Below, one piece after another: positions 1 through 13,400 of a stretch of DNA of 64,000 nucleotides. Positions within the stretch are counted from its first letter, which is position 1. Each line of letters begins with the position of its first letter. The DNA comes from Octopus sinensis (lineage: Eukaryota). Below the pieces are notes generated by a model. That model was not told the origin of the DNA. It saw only the letters and a program-made list of their open reading frames with translations, and searched no databases. The stretch is from assembly GCF_006345805.1 (NCBI RefSeq), contig NC_043014.1, positions 4,712,001-4,776,000 on the forward strand, given 5' to 3'. The translations under genes and the position numbers were made by a program.

Positions 1-80
1 CGTAAACCAGGAGAAAATTAAAAAACATTTACCCTGTAAATTTACAGGGTAAATGTTTTTTAATTTTCTCCTGGTTTACG
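1..80. repeat. Perfect 80-bp palindrome (fold-back) of the repeat unit start
   Basis: Positions 1-40 are the exact reverse complement of 41-80. Confidence 0.95.
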
Positions 81-1241
81 GAATTGACGTTATTTTGCGG
101 TTAAAGCTTTTGGCTGTTATTTCTAGTGGGTGAATGGCCTATTATGGCCGTTCCTTGATTGTGATGTTGAACTTAAAAATGGTTTATGACTATTTAATTT
201 TTTCCCACTAGGCCGCTGGTGGCAAAAGAATTCTACAAAATTTTTTGCCACCCTATATTGATTAATTATGAATTTTCTGGTTAGTTCCGTAATGGAATCG
301 GCGGCTTATATTTATTTGCTGCCGATAAATTTGGCGCGAGTGCGACGATTTGAAAATTTTAGGTCAGATATTGACGAGGTAGCAACGAGAATGCCTCGTG
401 AAAAATATCTGTTCCGGCTTGGCTATTTCTTACTGATGAATCTAAGGGCCTATGGTAGATTGGCTTGATTTAATTTAATCAGGTTAGTTTTCCATTAAAC
501 AGTAGATGAAACGGTGCATCGTCTAAGAAATTACAGGGTAAATGTTTTTTAATTTTCTCCTGGTTTACGGAATTGACGTTATTTTGCGGTTAAAGCTTTT
601 GGCTGTTATTTCTAGTGGGTGAATGGCCTATTATGGCCGTTCCTTGATTGTGATGTTGAACTTAAAAATGGTTTATGACTATTTAATTTTTTCCCACTAG
701 GCCGCTGGTGGCAAAAGAATTCTACAAAATTTTTTTGCCACCCTATATTGATTAATTATGAATTTTCTGGTTAGTTCCGTAATGGAATCGGCGGCTTATA
801 TTTATTTGCTGCCGATAAATTTGGCGCGAGTGCGACGATTTGAAAATTTTAGGTCAGATATTGACGAGGTAGCAACGAGAATGCCTCGTGAAAAATATCT
901 GTTCCGGCTTGGCTATTTCTTACTGATGAATCTAAGGGCCTATGGTAGATTGGCTTGATTTAATTTAATCAGGTTAGTTTTCCATTAAACAGTAGATGAA
1001 ACGGTGCATCGTCTAAGAAATTACAGGGTAAATGTTTTTTAATTTTCTCCTGGTTTACGGAATTGACGTTATTTTGCGGTTAAAGCTTTTGGCTGTTATT
1101 TCTAGTGGGTGAATGGCCTATTATGGCCGTTCCTTGATTGTGATGTTGAACTTAAAAATGGTTTATGACTATTTAATTTTTTCCCACTAGGCCGCTGGTG
1201 GCAAAAGAATTCTACAAAATTTTTTTGCCACCCTATATTGA

Positions 1242-1248
<7 letters not shown>
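42..1248. repeat. 490-bp tandem repeat, about 2.5 near-identical copies (42-530, 531-1020, 1021-1248)
   Basis: Unit start TTACAGGGTAAATG recurs at 42, 531 and 1021; identical 66-aa ORFs at 268 and 758. The first copy has one less T in a homopolymer. The third copy ends in (TA)n. Confidence 0.95.
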
Positions 1249-1301
<53 letters not shown>

Positions 1302-3013
1302 TCACATCCAAGTCCAACTACAAAACAAACATCCGTTCTTAAGGGAGACACATACACATTCTGATATTCTGAGATTAATCTCTGAATTCGTTGACATCAA
1401 CGTCAACAACAGGCTCAATAGTCAAATGACTAATTTTCTTCGTTTAAAATTTATTCTTTGCGAATCATTTACTTCTTTCATTCTGATTCTCATTCATTCA
1501 CTCATTCTTTTTCTCTTAAATTCTAAATTTCTTTCCTCTCTCTCAATTTCTTCCAAACCAACAACATCCTTTGTATAGGATTCAAGAATTCTTTCTTTTA
1601 AACTAAATTGTTTCATTTTAATTTCACAGAACCCGGTCTCGGATCATTGTATACCCGGTGGGGCAGAACTACTTGTCCTCCTTATTCAAACCTTGTCTAT
1701 GACGGTTAGTATACTCTGTATTTCTATCCTCTCTTTCTCACACGCACACGCACGCACGCACACGCACGCACACTCAAGCAAATCATGTGATATATCACGT
1801 TTGAAACGATACCTATAGACCCTATAGAGACTGCACAATACTGCTTACTCCTTTGTAGGTATTTGGTCAAATCAGAATTTAAATGTGGTCTAATATGGAC
1901 CAGGTGAAAAGGATGTTGTCTAACCTCAGAATATAGATATCTCTACGTTTAATTATAGATAGGGACTAGACTGGAATCCAGTATAGCGATCAAGGACACC
2001 TGGCTGACTTGTATGGAGTGTAGATATCAAATACCGAGGCTGCTAACTGGTGATCAAGTGTACTGGATACGGATGGTGGTATTGTACGTGAGTGACCAGA
2101 GCTGAAAGTGGCCACTTGACTATCATTAACTAGAATGTCTATTGCTTGTTGTTATAGACTAAATTGAACAAGGTCTAATTAGAATTGATGAATGAATGTA
2201 TATGGTTAATGAAATGAACGCAGAATGTACAATGTGGACTGGACAGACCACACACTGTAACTAATGGACAAAGCTAACTTAGGGTCGTATGTATTATGCA
2301 AAATGTGGAGGGATGAAGTACCACTGAGAGAACCCAAGTGAGTACATATTGCACAACTATTCTTCTCCACCTCACCGAAATCGTCCTATCCCTCAAACCT
2401 ATCTCTTTTCATGCAACACCTCGCCTCATTAATTGTCCAGTGTATCTTTGTAAGGTAACACCGGCACATTCAATTCAAAGCTACTGCTTCCCACATCTTC
2501 TCCAACCAACCTGGCATCCTTTGTGAATCTGCTCTCTATAAACCCTACACATATCGTTTATCGGTCGCCCACTCCGCTGTCCATTCTTCTTAAGCACTAC
2601 GCCATCAATGAGCTTCAAAATTCACCCCACCTCAGTTCATGCTTTGTATGAAATAAAATCTGTGTGATCATAATATTATAGTATGTGGTAGGCCCGTCTC
2701 GTGGTAGGCCTGACTCGTCCCAGACAAACCGATGGATATAGCCAGCCACACCCGTATGGTCGGCTAAACAGTATTTCATCCCCTCTTACCCACCAGTTCT
2801 CTGCATCTCGCCGTCTCTCGTATTGTTCTACTCAAACCATATGCAATTCCCATCACCAACAATTTTCCCGTTCAAACGTGAACGACATCTTTTCCATTTC
2901 GGGAAATCACGACCACAAGAGTAACAAAATCCCTTTCCTTTCACCGTTTATTGACATCCACACACAAACATCTACCCCAAGCAATACACATCACAACAAC
3001 AAATACTTACCCG

Positions 3014-3045
<32 letters not shown>

Positions 3046-3225
3046 AAGACACAAATATATAACACAGCTTACACTCATATAAACACTAAAACATACACAA
3101 CAATTCGTTCACACGTGACTAAACATGACTCCTTTTAAGGGTCAAACTGTAATGAATGTTTCCGTAATTTCATATATAATTTTGCTTAATATCTTTTTTA
3201 CTTGATTTATTCTTACCAATTCTAG

Positions 3226-3725
3226 GTGTGGCTGGTGGACAATGGTACGACCACACAGGTGGCGGAAGTAATCTCTTATGTCTACCTAACGATCCCATTT
3301 GGGCCAATTATACTACAAAAGTTGAAGAAGGTGGTCACATTTATGGCAGTGAATATCAACTGGAATCCTACCCAACTAATAAACTCTTTTCTTTTGCTAA
3401 CGCTAAATCACTTCATGATCACAACGTTCCGTGCGCTGTCTGTTTGACACGACAACCTGCTGTTGTTATGATGTTACCAGCCAGGACACAGTGTTACGCT
3501 GGTTGGACAGCTGAGTATTCAGGATATTTGATGGCCAATTATCACGGGCATAAAGGCAGACAAGAATATGTGTGTGTGGATTATGCACCAGAAGCTGATC
3601 CAGCAGGTTACAGAAACGAAGATGGAGCTGTTTTATATTTCGTTCAGGCTGGTTGTGGTTCGTTGCCATGTCCACCGTATGTCAATGGTCAAGAATTAAC
3701 CTGCGTTGTGTGCAGTAAATATTGA
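3226..3725 (+). CDS. Terminal exon of a short-chain collagen C4-like domain protein (copy A)
   Basis: Acceptor ttctAG at 3224-3225, phase 1. ORF reads GVAGGQWYDHTGGGSNLLCLPNDP...HDHNVPCAVC...CYAGWTAEYSGYLM...EYVCVDYAPE...CGSLPCPPYVNGQELTCVVCSKY*. AATAAA at about 3772. The motif pattern matches the invertebrate short-chain collagen C4-like family. Confidence 0.85.
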
Positions 3726-4129
3726 ATAGAAATTAAATTCGTTTCCATATGAAAATATGTCTGTGAATTTCAATAAATAACATAAAATTTTAATTGTGTT
3801 ACCTAATATTTTCTTTAAAGTATGTCTATCGTTACAATAAACTGTTGTACTAGTTTAGAGAAGATATTCAAACAATACAAAAGAGGCGACGTAGAATGCC
3901 AGAAATATCCTCAAAAACAAGAAAAATCTAAATCTGTCGAAATGATTCTAGAAAACATTTTGTAAGATTTCAGTTTATCAAACTTATCGTTGAAATAAAA
4001 TGTTATTTTGTTTAACAGTATTTTGTCTTCTGTCTCATGATTCAACAAACCCCAAATAATGTACCACCATAGAATTATATCAGCTTTTCATGCACAGCCT
4101 TAGAAATCTAATCCTCGACGCTGCTATCT

Positions 4130-4400
4130 CAGACATCTTGGTTTTCAAATTACAACTCGGATTCTGACGAGGAGCCATCAACCGCTACATTACATAGCAC
4201 AGAACTTAACTGATTCTTTCAACAACAACCAAATACTTCCACACAATCCATTCTATTTGCCGTTATTAATCAGGAAAGCTTTCTGTTCCTTTCCTACCCC
4301 ATATCTTATAAAACCTATTTATCGTCTACTTTGGAAATATCACAAAATGTTCAATTTAAGCTTTCTGAGAATGTAGAATTTACACGATCAATCCTTCAAA
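4130..4400 (+). mobile_element. Possible very old LINE reverse transcriptase fragment
   Basis: Weak QLGF*RG and RKAF-like remnants with stops and frameshifts. Confidence 0.25.
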
Positions 4401-5176
4401 AGACAGTATAAATGAGTATTGGTCCTGCCAACCAAAATCTATGCCAAAAAATTCCCACCTCTCTTCGAAATAAGATACAAAATGAAACTCGATGCACACA
4501 ACATACATGTCATACACTAAACACTGATATACAAGAATAAGAAATGAAATCAACCAGAAAAATTGCCTCATTTAAGCAGCAGAGAACATCAAATACGACG
4601 ATTTCTTTCACTCATCTACGTAAACATACCAGACTCGAAGAAAGGATGGATCCGCGAAGCTGAATACATTTCATGTAAAACGAATACAACACCCATAAAA
4701 GTGAGTGTAAAGAGAGCAAATATAGTCAGGGCAAGCACGGATGCTGTGTGTAAGAAGGCTGACATGTTGTGATCGTCACGTTATATCCAATAGGATTCAT
4801 GACAGCATGTTGGAGTGTGTCGAATATTTGTTAGATAAACGAAGGGTTCGGTAACAGCATCAAGCTGCAATAAAGATTAAAGATTATTAATGTTTACTAT
4901 CCCACTATTATTAGTCTGATGGGTAAATCTGCATTCGCTTCTCTAGATTACAAATATTTTCTTGGTTGTAAATCGTAAACAATTGCAGAGAATACGGACG
5001 CTGGTAGATCTTCAATTCATCTTTTGATTCAGCGGCATAATTAGACAGTTAAAACGACCGCCATGTGTTTAAGTTGTACAGAGCATGCGCAGCTGCATAT
5101 GCAACCCGCCATTACAATAGGAAAATTATGGGACTTTGTTGAAATTAACCTTATTTCGAGGGCCAAACAGAGAGTG

Positions 5177-5267
5177 TTACACACACACACACACAGACAC
5201 ACACACAAACAAACACACAAGCACACACACAAATACACACACACACACACACACACAAATACACAAG

Positions 5268-5302
<35 letters not shown>

Positions 5303-5335
5303 GCACACACACACACATACATACACATATATATA
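5177..5335. repeat. (CA)n microsatellite
   Basis: Direct reading. Confidence 0.95.
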
Positions 5336-5681
5336 CAAATATATTAAATGTGGTCAAACTATATCTGAGGGGTCTAATATGCTTCATCTAAGAATATTTA
5401 ATCATAACTATGGGATTCCGTCGTACAAATGCAGTCCATACGGAAGGTGCACTTGCGAATTGAGTTTCAAATGGGAGACACTGTACCTGTATTTTTGCTA
5501 TGATTTATAAAACAAGAAGAGACGTATTCAAAGCTAGTGATAATGACTAGCTAAAAATATGTATGAATGTCATTATTCGGTTTTAATAGAATATTTCTGG
5601 CCAACAGAAAGAGAGACGGTTTCTAACTTAGTTCCAAGTATCTTTCATTGGAATTTCAACAACATGAACAGGATATTTTTG

Positions 5682-6168
5682 TATGCATGTATGTATGTAT
5701 GTATGTATGTCTGTATGTATGTATGCATGTATGTATGTATGTATGTATGCATGAATGTATATATGTATGTATGTATGTATGCATGTATGTAAGTAGGTAT
5801 GCATATATGTATGTATGCATGTATGTATGTATGCATGTATGTATGTATATATGCATGAATGCATGTATGTATGCATGTATGCATGTATGTATGTATGTAT
5901 GTATGCATGCATGTATGTATGTATGTATGCATGTATGCATGTATGTATGTATGTATTATGTATGCATGCATGAATGTATGCTTGTATGTATGTATGCATG
6001 TATGTATGTATGCATGTATGCATGTATGTATGTATGTATGTATGTATGTATGTACGTGTGTATGTATGTATGTATGCATGTATGTATGTTTGTATGTATG
6101 TATGTATGTATGTATGTATGCATGTATGTATGTATGTATGTATGTATGTATGTATGTATGTATGTATG
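5682..6168. repeat. (ATGT)n degenerate microsatellite; further (ATGT)n/(GT)n tracts at about 6725-7265 and 7430-7860
   Basis: Direct reading; source of the YVCM/HTYI ORFs. Confidence 0.95.
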
Positions 6169-6169
6169 T

Positions 6170-6722
6170 CAGGTCACTTTCGAGTGCTACTGGTGACATG
6201 TAACCCAGTACAACCTGTTGCATTGTCGGGTCGTCGGCGACTAAGCCGGCGACTCCACGAAGCTTGCTTGGTGAGGAGCGAGTCTATTGGACACCCTGTG
6301 GGATGAAAACAAAACCCGTCAAAGAGCGAAGGAACTCTTGAGATTCAACGGCCATCCAATATATGTCTTAAGGCTGTATCATGCGCGGGGACATAGAAGT
6401 AATCGGACTGAATACTCGATCGCGCGGTTAAACCATTGGGAGTGGAGGACTCCTAGCCTTTGTTAGGGCATCCTTCTAGGAGAGGGTAATTCAGGTAACT
6501 GGGATAACTCCGACATAAAACCTGCGGCTCAGTGGTTACCGATGATGTTGACTTTTTCTTCTTTTCGGATTATGGCTGCTGTTGCTTAGTGACTTGGATT
6601 GACTCAGTGCACAGCCTTTCCTCGCTATAAAAAATAAATTTTCATGCACAGCCATTGCAAGATAACAACATTGATTAAGCTTCGTGCAATGCCCATACTC
6701 GATAACGAGGGTGCAGCCACCA
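6170..6722 (+). mobile_element. Probable 5' UTR fragment of an RTE-type LINE lying between microsatellites
   Basis: GC-richer structured island. GGGCATCCTTCTAGGAGAGGGTAATTC resembles RTE 5' UTR motifs as I recall them. No clear ORF. Confidence 0.3.
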
Positions 6723-7811
6723 AGTATGTATGTATGTATGGATGGATGGATGGATGTAAGTATATATGTATGTATGTATGGATGTATGTATATATATATG
6801 TATGTGTATATGTGTCTATCGATATATACACGCTTTACATTCAAACATACATGCATGTATACATGTATACATACATTTATGTATAAATATATGCATACAT
6901 ATATGTATGTATGTATGAAAGTATGTATGCATGTATGTATGTATGTGTGTGTATGTATGTATGTTTGTATGTATGTATGTGTGTATGTATGTTGTGTATG
7001 TATGTATATATATGTATATATGTGTGTGTATGTAAGTATATATGTATGGGGGTATATGTATGTATGTATATGTATGTATATACGCGAGTGTGTATGTATG
7101 CATGTATGTATGTATGTGTGTGTATGTGTGTATGTGTGTGTGTATGTATGTATGCATGTTTGTATGTATGTATGCATGTATGTATGTATGTGTGGGTGTG
7201 TATGTATGCATGTATGTATATATGTGTGTATGTAAGTGTGTATGTATGTATATATGTATGTATGGGTGGGTGGGAATTGGTAGGTTTTGATTTTGATATT
7301 CACATAAACTTTTCTAATCCCATTAACGCTTGTTGGAAGAATCCAATCCGAACAACGGACTTCATTAGATTAAGTCTTGCGATTACTGTGTGGGTTGAAC
7401 GAAATACTTCCCACTCTGAATATTAAAAACAGTGTGTGAGTGTGTGTGTGTGTGGTGTCGGTGTGGTGTGTGTGTGTGTGTGTGTGTTTGTGTGTGTGTG
7501 GGTGTGTGTGTGTGTCAATGTGTGTGTGTGTGTCAGTGTATGTGTGTGTGTCAGTGTGTGTGCGTGGTGTGTCAGCGTGGTGTGTGTGTGTGTCAGTGTG
7601 TGTGTCTCTGTCAGTGTCTGTGTGTCAATGTGTATGTGTGTGCGTGAGTGTGTGTGTGTGTGTGTGTGTGTAAGACAATGTATCTGTGGTGTGTGTCAGT
7701 GTGTGTTGGTGTCTGTGGGTTTGTGTGTGGTGTGTGTGTATGTCAGTGTGTGTGTGTTAGTGTGTGTGCGTGTGGTGTGTGTGTGTCAGTGTGTGTGGGT
7801 GGTGTGTGTGT

Positions 7812-7846
<35 letters not shown>

Positions 7847-8276
7847 GTGTGTGTCTGTGTATTTGTCGGTTGAACGAAATACTTCCCACACTGAATATTA
7901 AAACAGTTTCCCAAGAATAACAAATAAATTAAATAACAACATTAGTAAATAAATATATCATAATACATCCAGAAACAGGAATCATTTCACTTTACACGTG
8001 TCTCTCATTCATCAAAATATTTGCTAATTATTGTGTGACAATATCAAACCATCTCTTTCCAATAATTAAACCTGTCAGACAAGTTCACACCCGCTTTTAC
8101 AGTTCCACCAATCGCATTGGTTCATAAATTTACGATAAGATCTATGCCAGAGCTGGGTTGTTGTGCGCTCAATAAATACGTGGAATTCAGTTACAGGTCT
8201 TCAGCTTAAACCTCGCATCTCGATCTTTTGTTGAAGCCACACGAAGTATCACGTACGACCGACAACTGTCACCAGA

Positions 8277-8420
8277 ATGGATTTCGCACAACTGTCCAGG
8301 AATATTTCGCAGCGTTATTCCATTTCTTCTCTCATAGCTTTTGGGTTTCTTCTCGTTCTGACGATCGTGATTCTTCATCAAGATTCAAGAATAGGAAAAA
8401 TGGAAGAGAAATCAAAAACG
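8277..8420 (+). CDS. First coding exon (48 aa, type II signal anchor) of the multicopy gene family
   Basis: ATG 8277; MDFAQLSRNISQRYSISSLIAFGFLLVLTIVILHQDSRIGKMEEKSKT; canonical donor GTAAGT at 8421 (phase 0). The frame is intact in the paralogs. Confidence 0.7.
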
Positions 8421-8974
8421 GTAAGTCATGGATTTTTTGTTAATATATGTACGTCTTTATGAATTTATATATGCATGTATGTATGTATGCATTTACGTAT
8501 GTATGTATTAGTATGGGGATGTATGTACGTACCGATGGATGGATGGATGTAAGGATGTACGCCTGAACCATGTAATATGTTCCTATTGGAGCACACACAC
8601 ACACTAAGATCACACACGTAATTACACACGAACACACAGGCGCACACACCTAAGCATACATATATATACATATACGCATATTTGTATATATAATCTACAT
8701 TATATGTATATATAAATATACATATATATGAATATATTAGTGCGTGAACATATAGATATATATATACAAACAAATATATGCGTGTGGTATCTATCACTGT
8801 ATCTCTCTGTCTATCTCTCTCTCTCTCTGTCTATCTCTCTGTCTATCTCTCTGTCTACTCTCTCTCTCTATTTATCTATATATTATATATGTATGTGTGT
8901 GTGTGTGTGTGTTGTGTGTGTGTGTGTGTGTGGGTGTGGTGTGTTGTGTGTGTGTGTGTGGTGTTATAAATATA

Positions 8975-9175
8975 TTCTTTTACCCGTTTCAGTCATTTGA
9001 CTGCGGCCATGCTAGAGCACTGCGTTTAGTAGGACAAATCGACTTCAGGAATTATTCTTTGTAAGCCTATTGCTCATTCTATCGGTATCTTCTCTAGAAT
9101 CGGCTATGTCACGGGACGTAAACACACCGACAATCAGTTGAGAATCGATAGCGGTGCGACAATAACAGACACATA
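8975..9175 (+). mobile_element. Abundant SINE-type repeat (TTTCAGTCATTTGACTGCGGCCATGCT.GAGCAC family)
   Basis: Related copies at about 28370-28510 (-), 29745-29920 (+), 47150-47325 (-) and 63420-63590 (-). Confidence 0.7.
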
Positions 9176-9320
9176 CAATAAAACATAGATACATACACAC
9201 TATGTGTGCTATACACACACACACAACGCACCACACAAAATCAATATATATATATATATACATATCATATATACATACACACATATATAGTTACGTACGT
9301 ATGTTACATACATATCTATC

Positions 9321-9351
<31 letters not shown>

Positions 9352-9367
9352 GATCTATCTATCTATC

Positions 9368-9427
<60 letters not shown>

Positions 9428-10399
9428 ATATATATGGATATATATATATATATAATCTGTCAGATATGATGTAATCGTATATTCTATTTCTTTCCATGTC
9501 TAGTTATATTTGCAATATATTATGTATAATGTCATTGCTGTTATGCAATGGTTTAATAAAGTATTGATTGGGTATTATCTGATGGTTGATGATTGATTTA
9601 GATATGTTTTCTCCATTTCTCATTTTGTATATATATATAATCTATATATACATACATATACACACATCCCAAGTAAACACAAGGAGAGTGGAATGTACTA
9701 CTCCTGTCCGATCGCTCTTTCACCAGACATAATCCTGGAATGGGAAATAAGTGCGTAATGAAAAAAATCTAATGGTGGGTTTCTAGCATGGCCATGCCCT
9801 GTGGCTGCATCGTTTAGCCCTATTAATATTAGTGTTAAGTATTATATCTAGATGTACACTTACCACACACGCACAGAAACAGACACATGAAACATACACA
9901 CACAACGCACATAGGAATACGTACATATTTACACACATTTATCTATTCTCTCCATCATGAAACGGAAGTGAGGCGAGTTTTTTGAATCTTTTCTTTCAAC
10001 TGAAAATAAAACGTGCGAGTGCCAATGTAGATCGGTGAATTTCGTAATGTTTGACTGTAATTCACGTTGGTTTTATATATGACAATATGTAAGAACGAAT
10101 GTAAACATACACACAGACACACGGACAACACAACCCACGCACAAATAAACACAAACACACACAGACGCACACACACAGACACACGTGCTCAATTGTACAC
10201 GAACAATCACACTATACAGTGTATGTCCACTCACTCACATATATGTGTGCGTTTGTGTGTGTGTATGCCTATAAGTAGATACGTATATTTGTGATATTTA
10301 TGGTGTGTATGCTTCAGCGTACGTGCATACGTATATATTGATATGTATTTATATATATATATATTATATATATATATATATATTATATATATTATATAT

Positions 10400-10442
<43 letters not shown>

Positions 10443-10444
10443 TA

Positions 10445-13400
10445 TCCACTAGACCTCCACCCCTCCTAACTTCTATTCCACCCACCCTTCTCCCTTCCGT
10501 CTGTTGTTACCATTCCCCCGATCTTCCCCTCTCTGCGGCTGAACGCTCCGTCCTTGGGTAGGGTCTGCGTTTCATCCCCCTTCACTCCATCCTGTAAGGA
10601 TTCCAGACGCGAGTGATGTCCACAGCTTGTGCGCCGTTGTCCGGTTGGGTGCGCATTACCANNNNNNNNNNNNNNNNNNNNNNNNNNNNNNNNNNNNNNN
10701 NNNNNNNNNNNNNNNNNNNNNNNNNNNNNNNNNNNNNNNNNNNNNNNNNNNNNNNNNNNNNATTCGTCTGATGGCATTTTATGCACCTCCTTAACGGGTC
10801 GGGCGGATTTCTTCAGACGTCTAGAGGTTTTCCTGGGTACGTCTAGACCTTTACTGTTAGTAGGGGATTGGAACGCTACCTTGGACACGCATCTAGATTA
10901 TGTGGGAAGGGATAGGAATAGAAGGGGTGTAAGAGCCTCAAAGACCTGCTCAGACGTTTCCATTGTCTGACAGGTTCCGACTCGACCATCCGAACGTGCC
11001 AACGTGGACTTGGACAACCGCGTCGGATCGTCGAGATCTTCTAGATAGAATTCTATGCAGGACAGCGGATAGGGATAGTGTAGGATGTCCACACAATTTA
11101 AAATAGTCAGCTACACAGATTACAAATTTGTTACGTGTACGCTCGACTTAGATAAAACACATAGGCAGGGTCCCGGTTTGGAAACTGAACACGTCGCTGT
11201 TTAGCGCGACAGGTTTACAGGAACCGGATTAGCGAGTTAATTAAGAGGTGCGCTGACGGGAGCCGTCGTTAACAACCGCTGGTGGTACGCCCTGAAAATG
11301 GCAATAAATCGGAATTAATTAGGTTTAGCAAGGATTAGCGATAAACGAAATAGAGTAGAGGGAGACTTGGTTAAGAAACTAGAAGAGGCACTTACCACTG
11401 GCAGCGCAACCAACGTGCTGGCTGCGAGGATGGCCCTCGACCAACACCCTCAACGCAAGCACGAAGGTTGCGTCGTCAGAGCTAAAATGCGTGCCTTAAG
11501 GAACGAAGGGATCGAAGTTGCGCGAGAGGCCCGGGTAGCGGAGGAGCAGCGTGGCAACAGAGCCACCATTCGGTCTCTAATAGATCACAGGGATGCAGTT
11601 TACTCGAACCCGAAAGGATGTGTGAGGCCTTTCAACAGCACTTTGCTCGACTGTTTGGTGCGATTGGTGGGTCGGAACGCGGATGGATTTCAGTGCCTAC
11701 CTGACCGACCTGCCGCGGCTCTCAGCAGAGAAGCGGAGTGTTGTGAAAGTCCCATCACAGCCGCTGACGTGTGGGATGCGATGGCGGGCTGCGTGAGGGA
11801 TAAGTCGCCTGGATTGGATGTTTACCCTACGAGCTGTTTTGTCGAATGCCAGACTTGTTTGGCGACCTCTTGGCATCAGTCTACTGCAACTGGCAACAAA
11901 ACGGAGAAATCCCCGGTTTCGTGAGCCGAGGTGGCTAGTAACGTTGCTGAAGAAAGACCGAAACAAGGGGAATTTTATAGATAATTTCAGGCCCATCACT
12001 CTGTCTCAACGCAGATTTGAAAATTTTGGCCAAAGTAATAGCCGAGAGGTTGGCGCTTGTCATTGGTAAACTAGTCGACGGGCGCAAACATGCGCCGTGC
12101 CGGCAGAACCATACATGACAACCTCTATCTGATGCGCTACATTGTGGACAGGGTAGTTAAGATCCTGGCATGGGTGGGGCGCTGATAAATTTGGATCAGT
12201 CTAAAGCCTTCGATAGGGTCGACCATCGGTACTTGGCGGCCGTCCTCAGGGCGGCTGGCTTCGGTCCCGTCTTCCGCGGTTGGATCGCTGCCTGCCTTGT
12301 ATAGCGGCATCCGATCGGTGATTCGGGTGAACGGTCACCTGTCGAAACCGTTTGACATCACGCGTTCGGTCCGTCAGGGGTGTCCCCTGTCGGCGCTTCT
12401 GTATGTATTGACTCTCGAACCGCTACTGCGGAAGCTGGCGACACTGAGGGCCCCACGGGAACTGGGTTGCGGGACGAGCGTGTCAGTATAATGCGGAAGA
12501 TGTCACCGTCATAGTGTCGAGCGACAAACACATCAAGATGATTGGCGACACTAAGAGAATACGAAACGGTGACGGGAGCAAAGGTTAACCCAGAAAAGTC
12601 AGTGGATTTGCTACTCGGCACCTGGAGAAGCAAGCCCATGCCGTCCGACTGCGGCTCAGTAGTGGGACGCTGGACGGACGGACCGGTTAAATTGCTCGGG
12701 GTCTGGTTCAGTCCGGACCTCCAAATGGATAAGAACTGGGACGAGATCACGAGTAGAGTGGTCGCTCTCAGTCAAACATGGGCCGAGAGAAAGCTGTCTC
12801 TAAAAGGCCGGGCGGAGGTGGCGAACGCGTACATCGCATCCGTCATCGATTACCGCCTGACCGTCGTTCCTTGTCCCGACGCCACCATCACCAAACTGGA
12901 ACGCATGCTCTTCCGCTTCCTGTGGAAGTGTGGCGTTCCGATGGTGAGGAAGTCCATTTGCTGTCAACATCCGTTGAATGGAGGACTGGGCATGCCGTGG
13001 TTGATGATGCGCAGGCATGCGCTGAGACTGCGACATCTCTGGAAATTCATCGACGACGGTGAACAGGTGTGGGCGCCGTTTGTGAGGCGCGACTTCCCGC
13101 AGCTCGTCTCACCGACCGAACTGCAAACGTGGATCAAAAAGAGACCGAAACTGGGCGATTGGCACAGGAGTGTCGCCAAGCTCTACAGCAGCTCTGCCGT
13201 TCGGGGTCAAACTTGTGCAACTTACAAACGACTAAAGCGTTCTATAGAGGACTAGTGGAGGGGAGGTCCGACGACACACTCGGGGCAAACCTGGGCGTCG
13301 ACGAAGAATTCCTAACCCGCCTGTTCAGGACGACGTTCGGGCCGGGGCCTATGGATAACTTCCAGAAATCCCTGGCTTGGCAGTGCTATCGAGACGCACT

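Noticed and set aside
268-958. Two identical 66-aa ORFs
   Set aside because: By-product of the 490-bp tandem repeat; no recognisable motif.
5041-7920. Many long ORFs such as YVCM, HTYI and CVCV repeats (also at 42-49 kb and 62 kb)
   Set aside because: They are translations of (ATGT)n, (CA)n and (TA)n microsatellites, open in several frames on both strands.
8187-8443. Overlapping ORFs MMKNHDRQ (antisense) and MLKPHEV (alternative frame) conserved in paralogs
   Set aside because: Conservation follows from recent duplication; only the MDFAQ frame has an ATG, a hydrophobic anchor and an in-phase donor.
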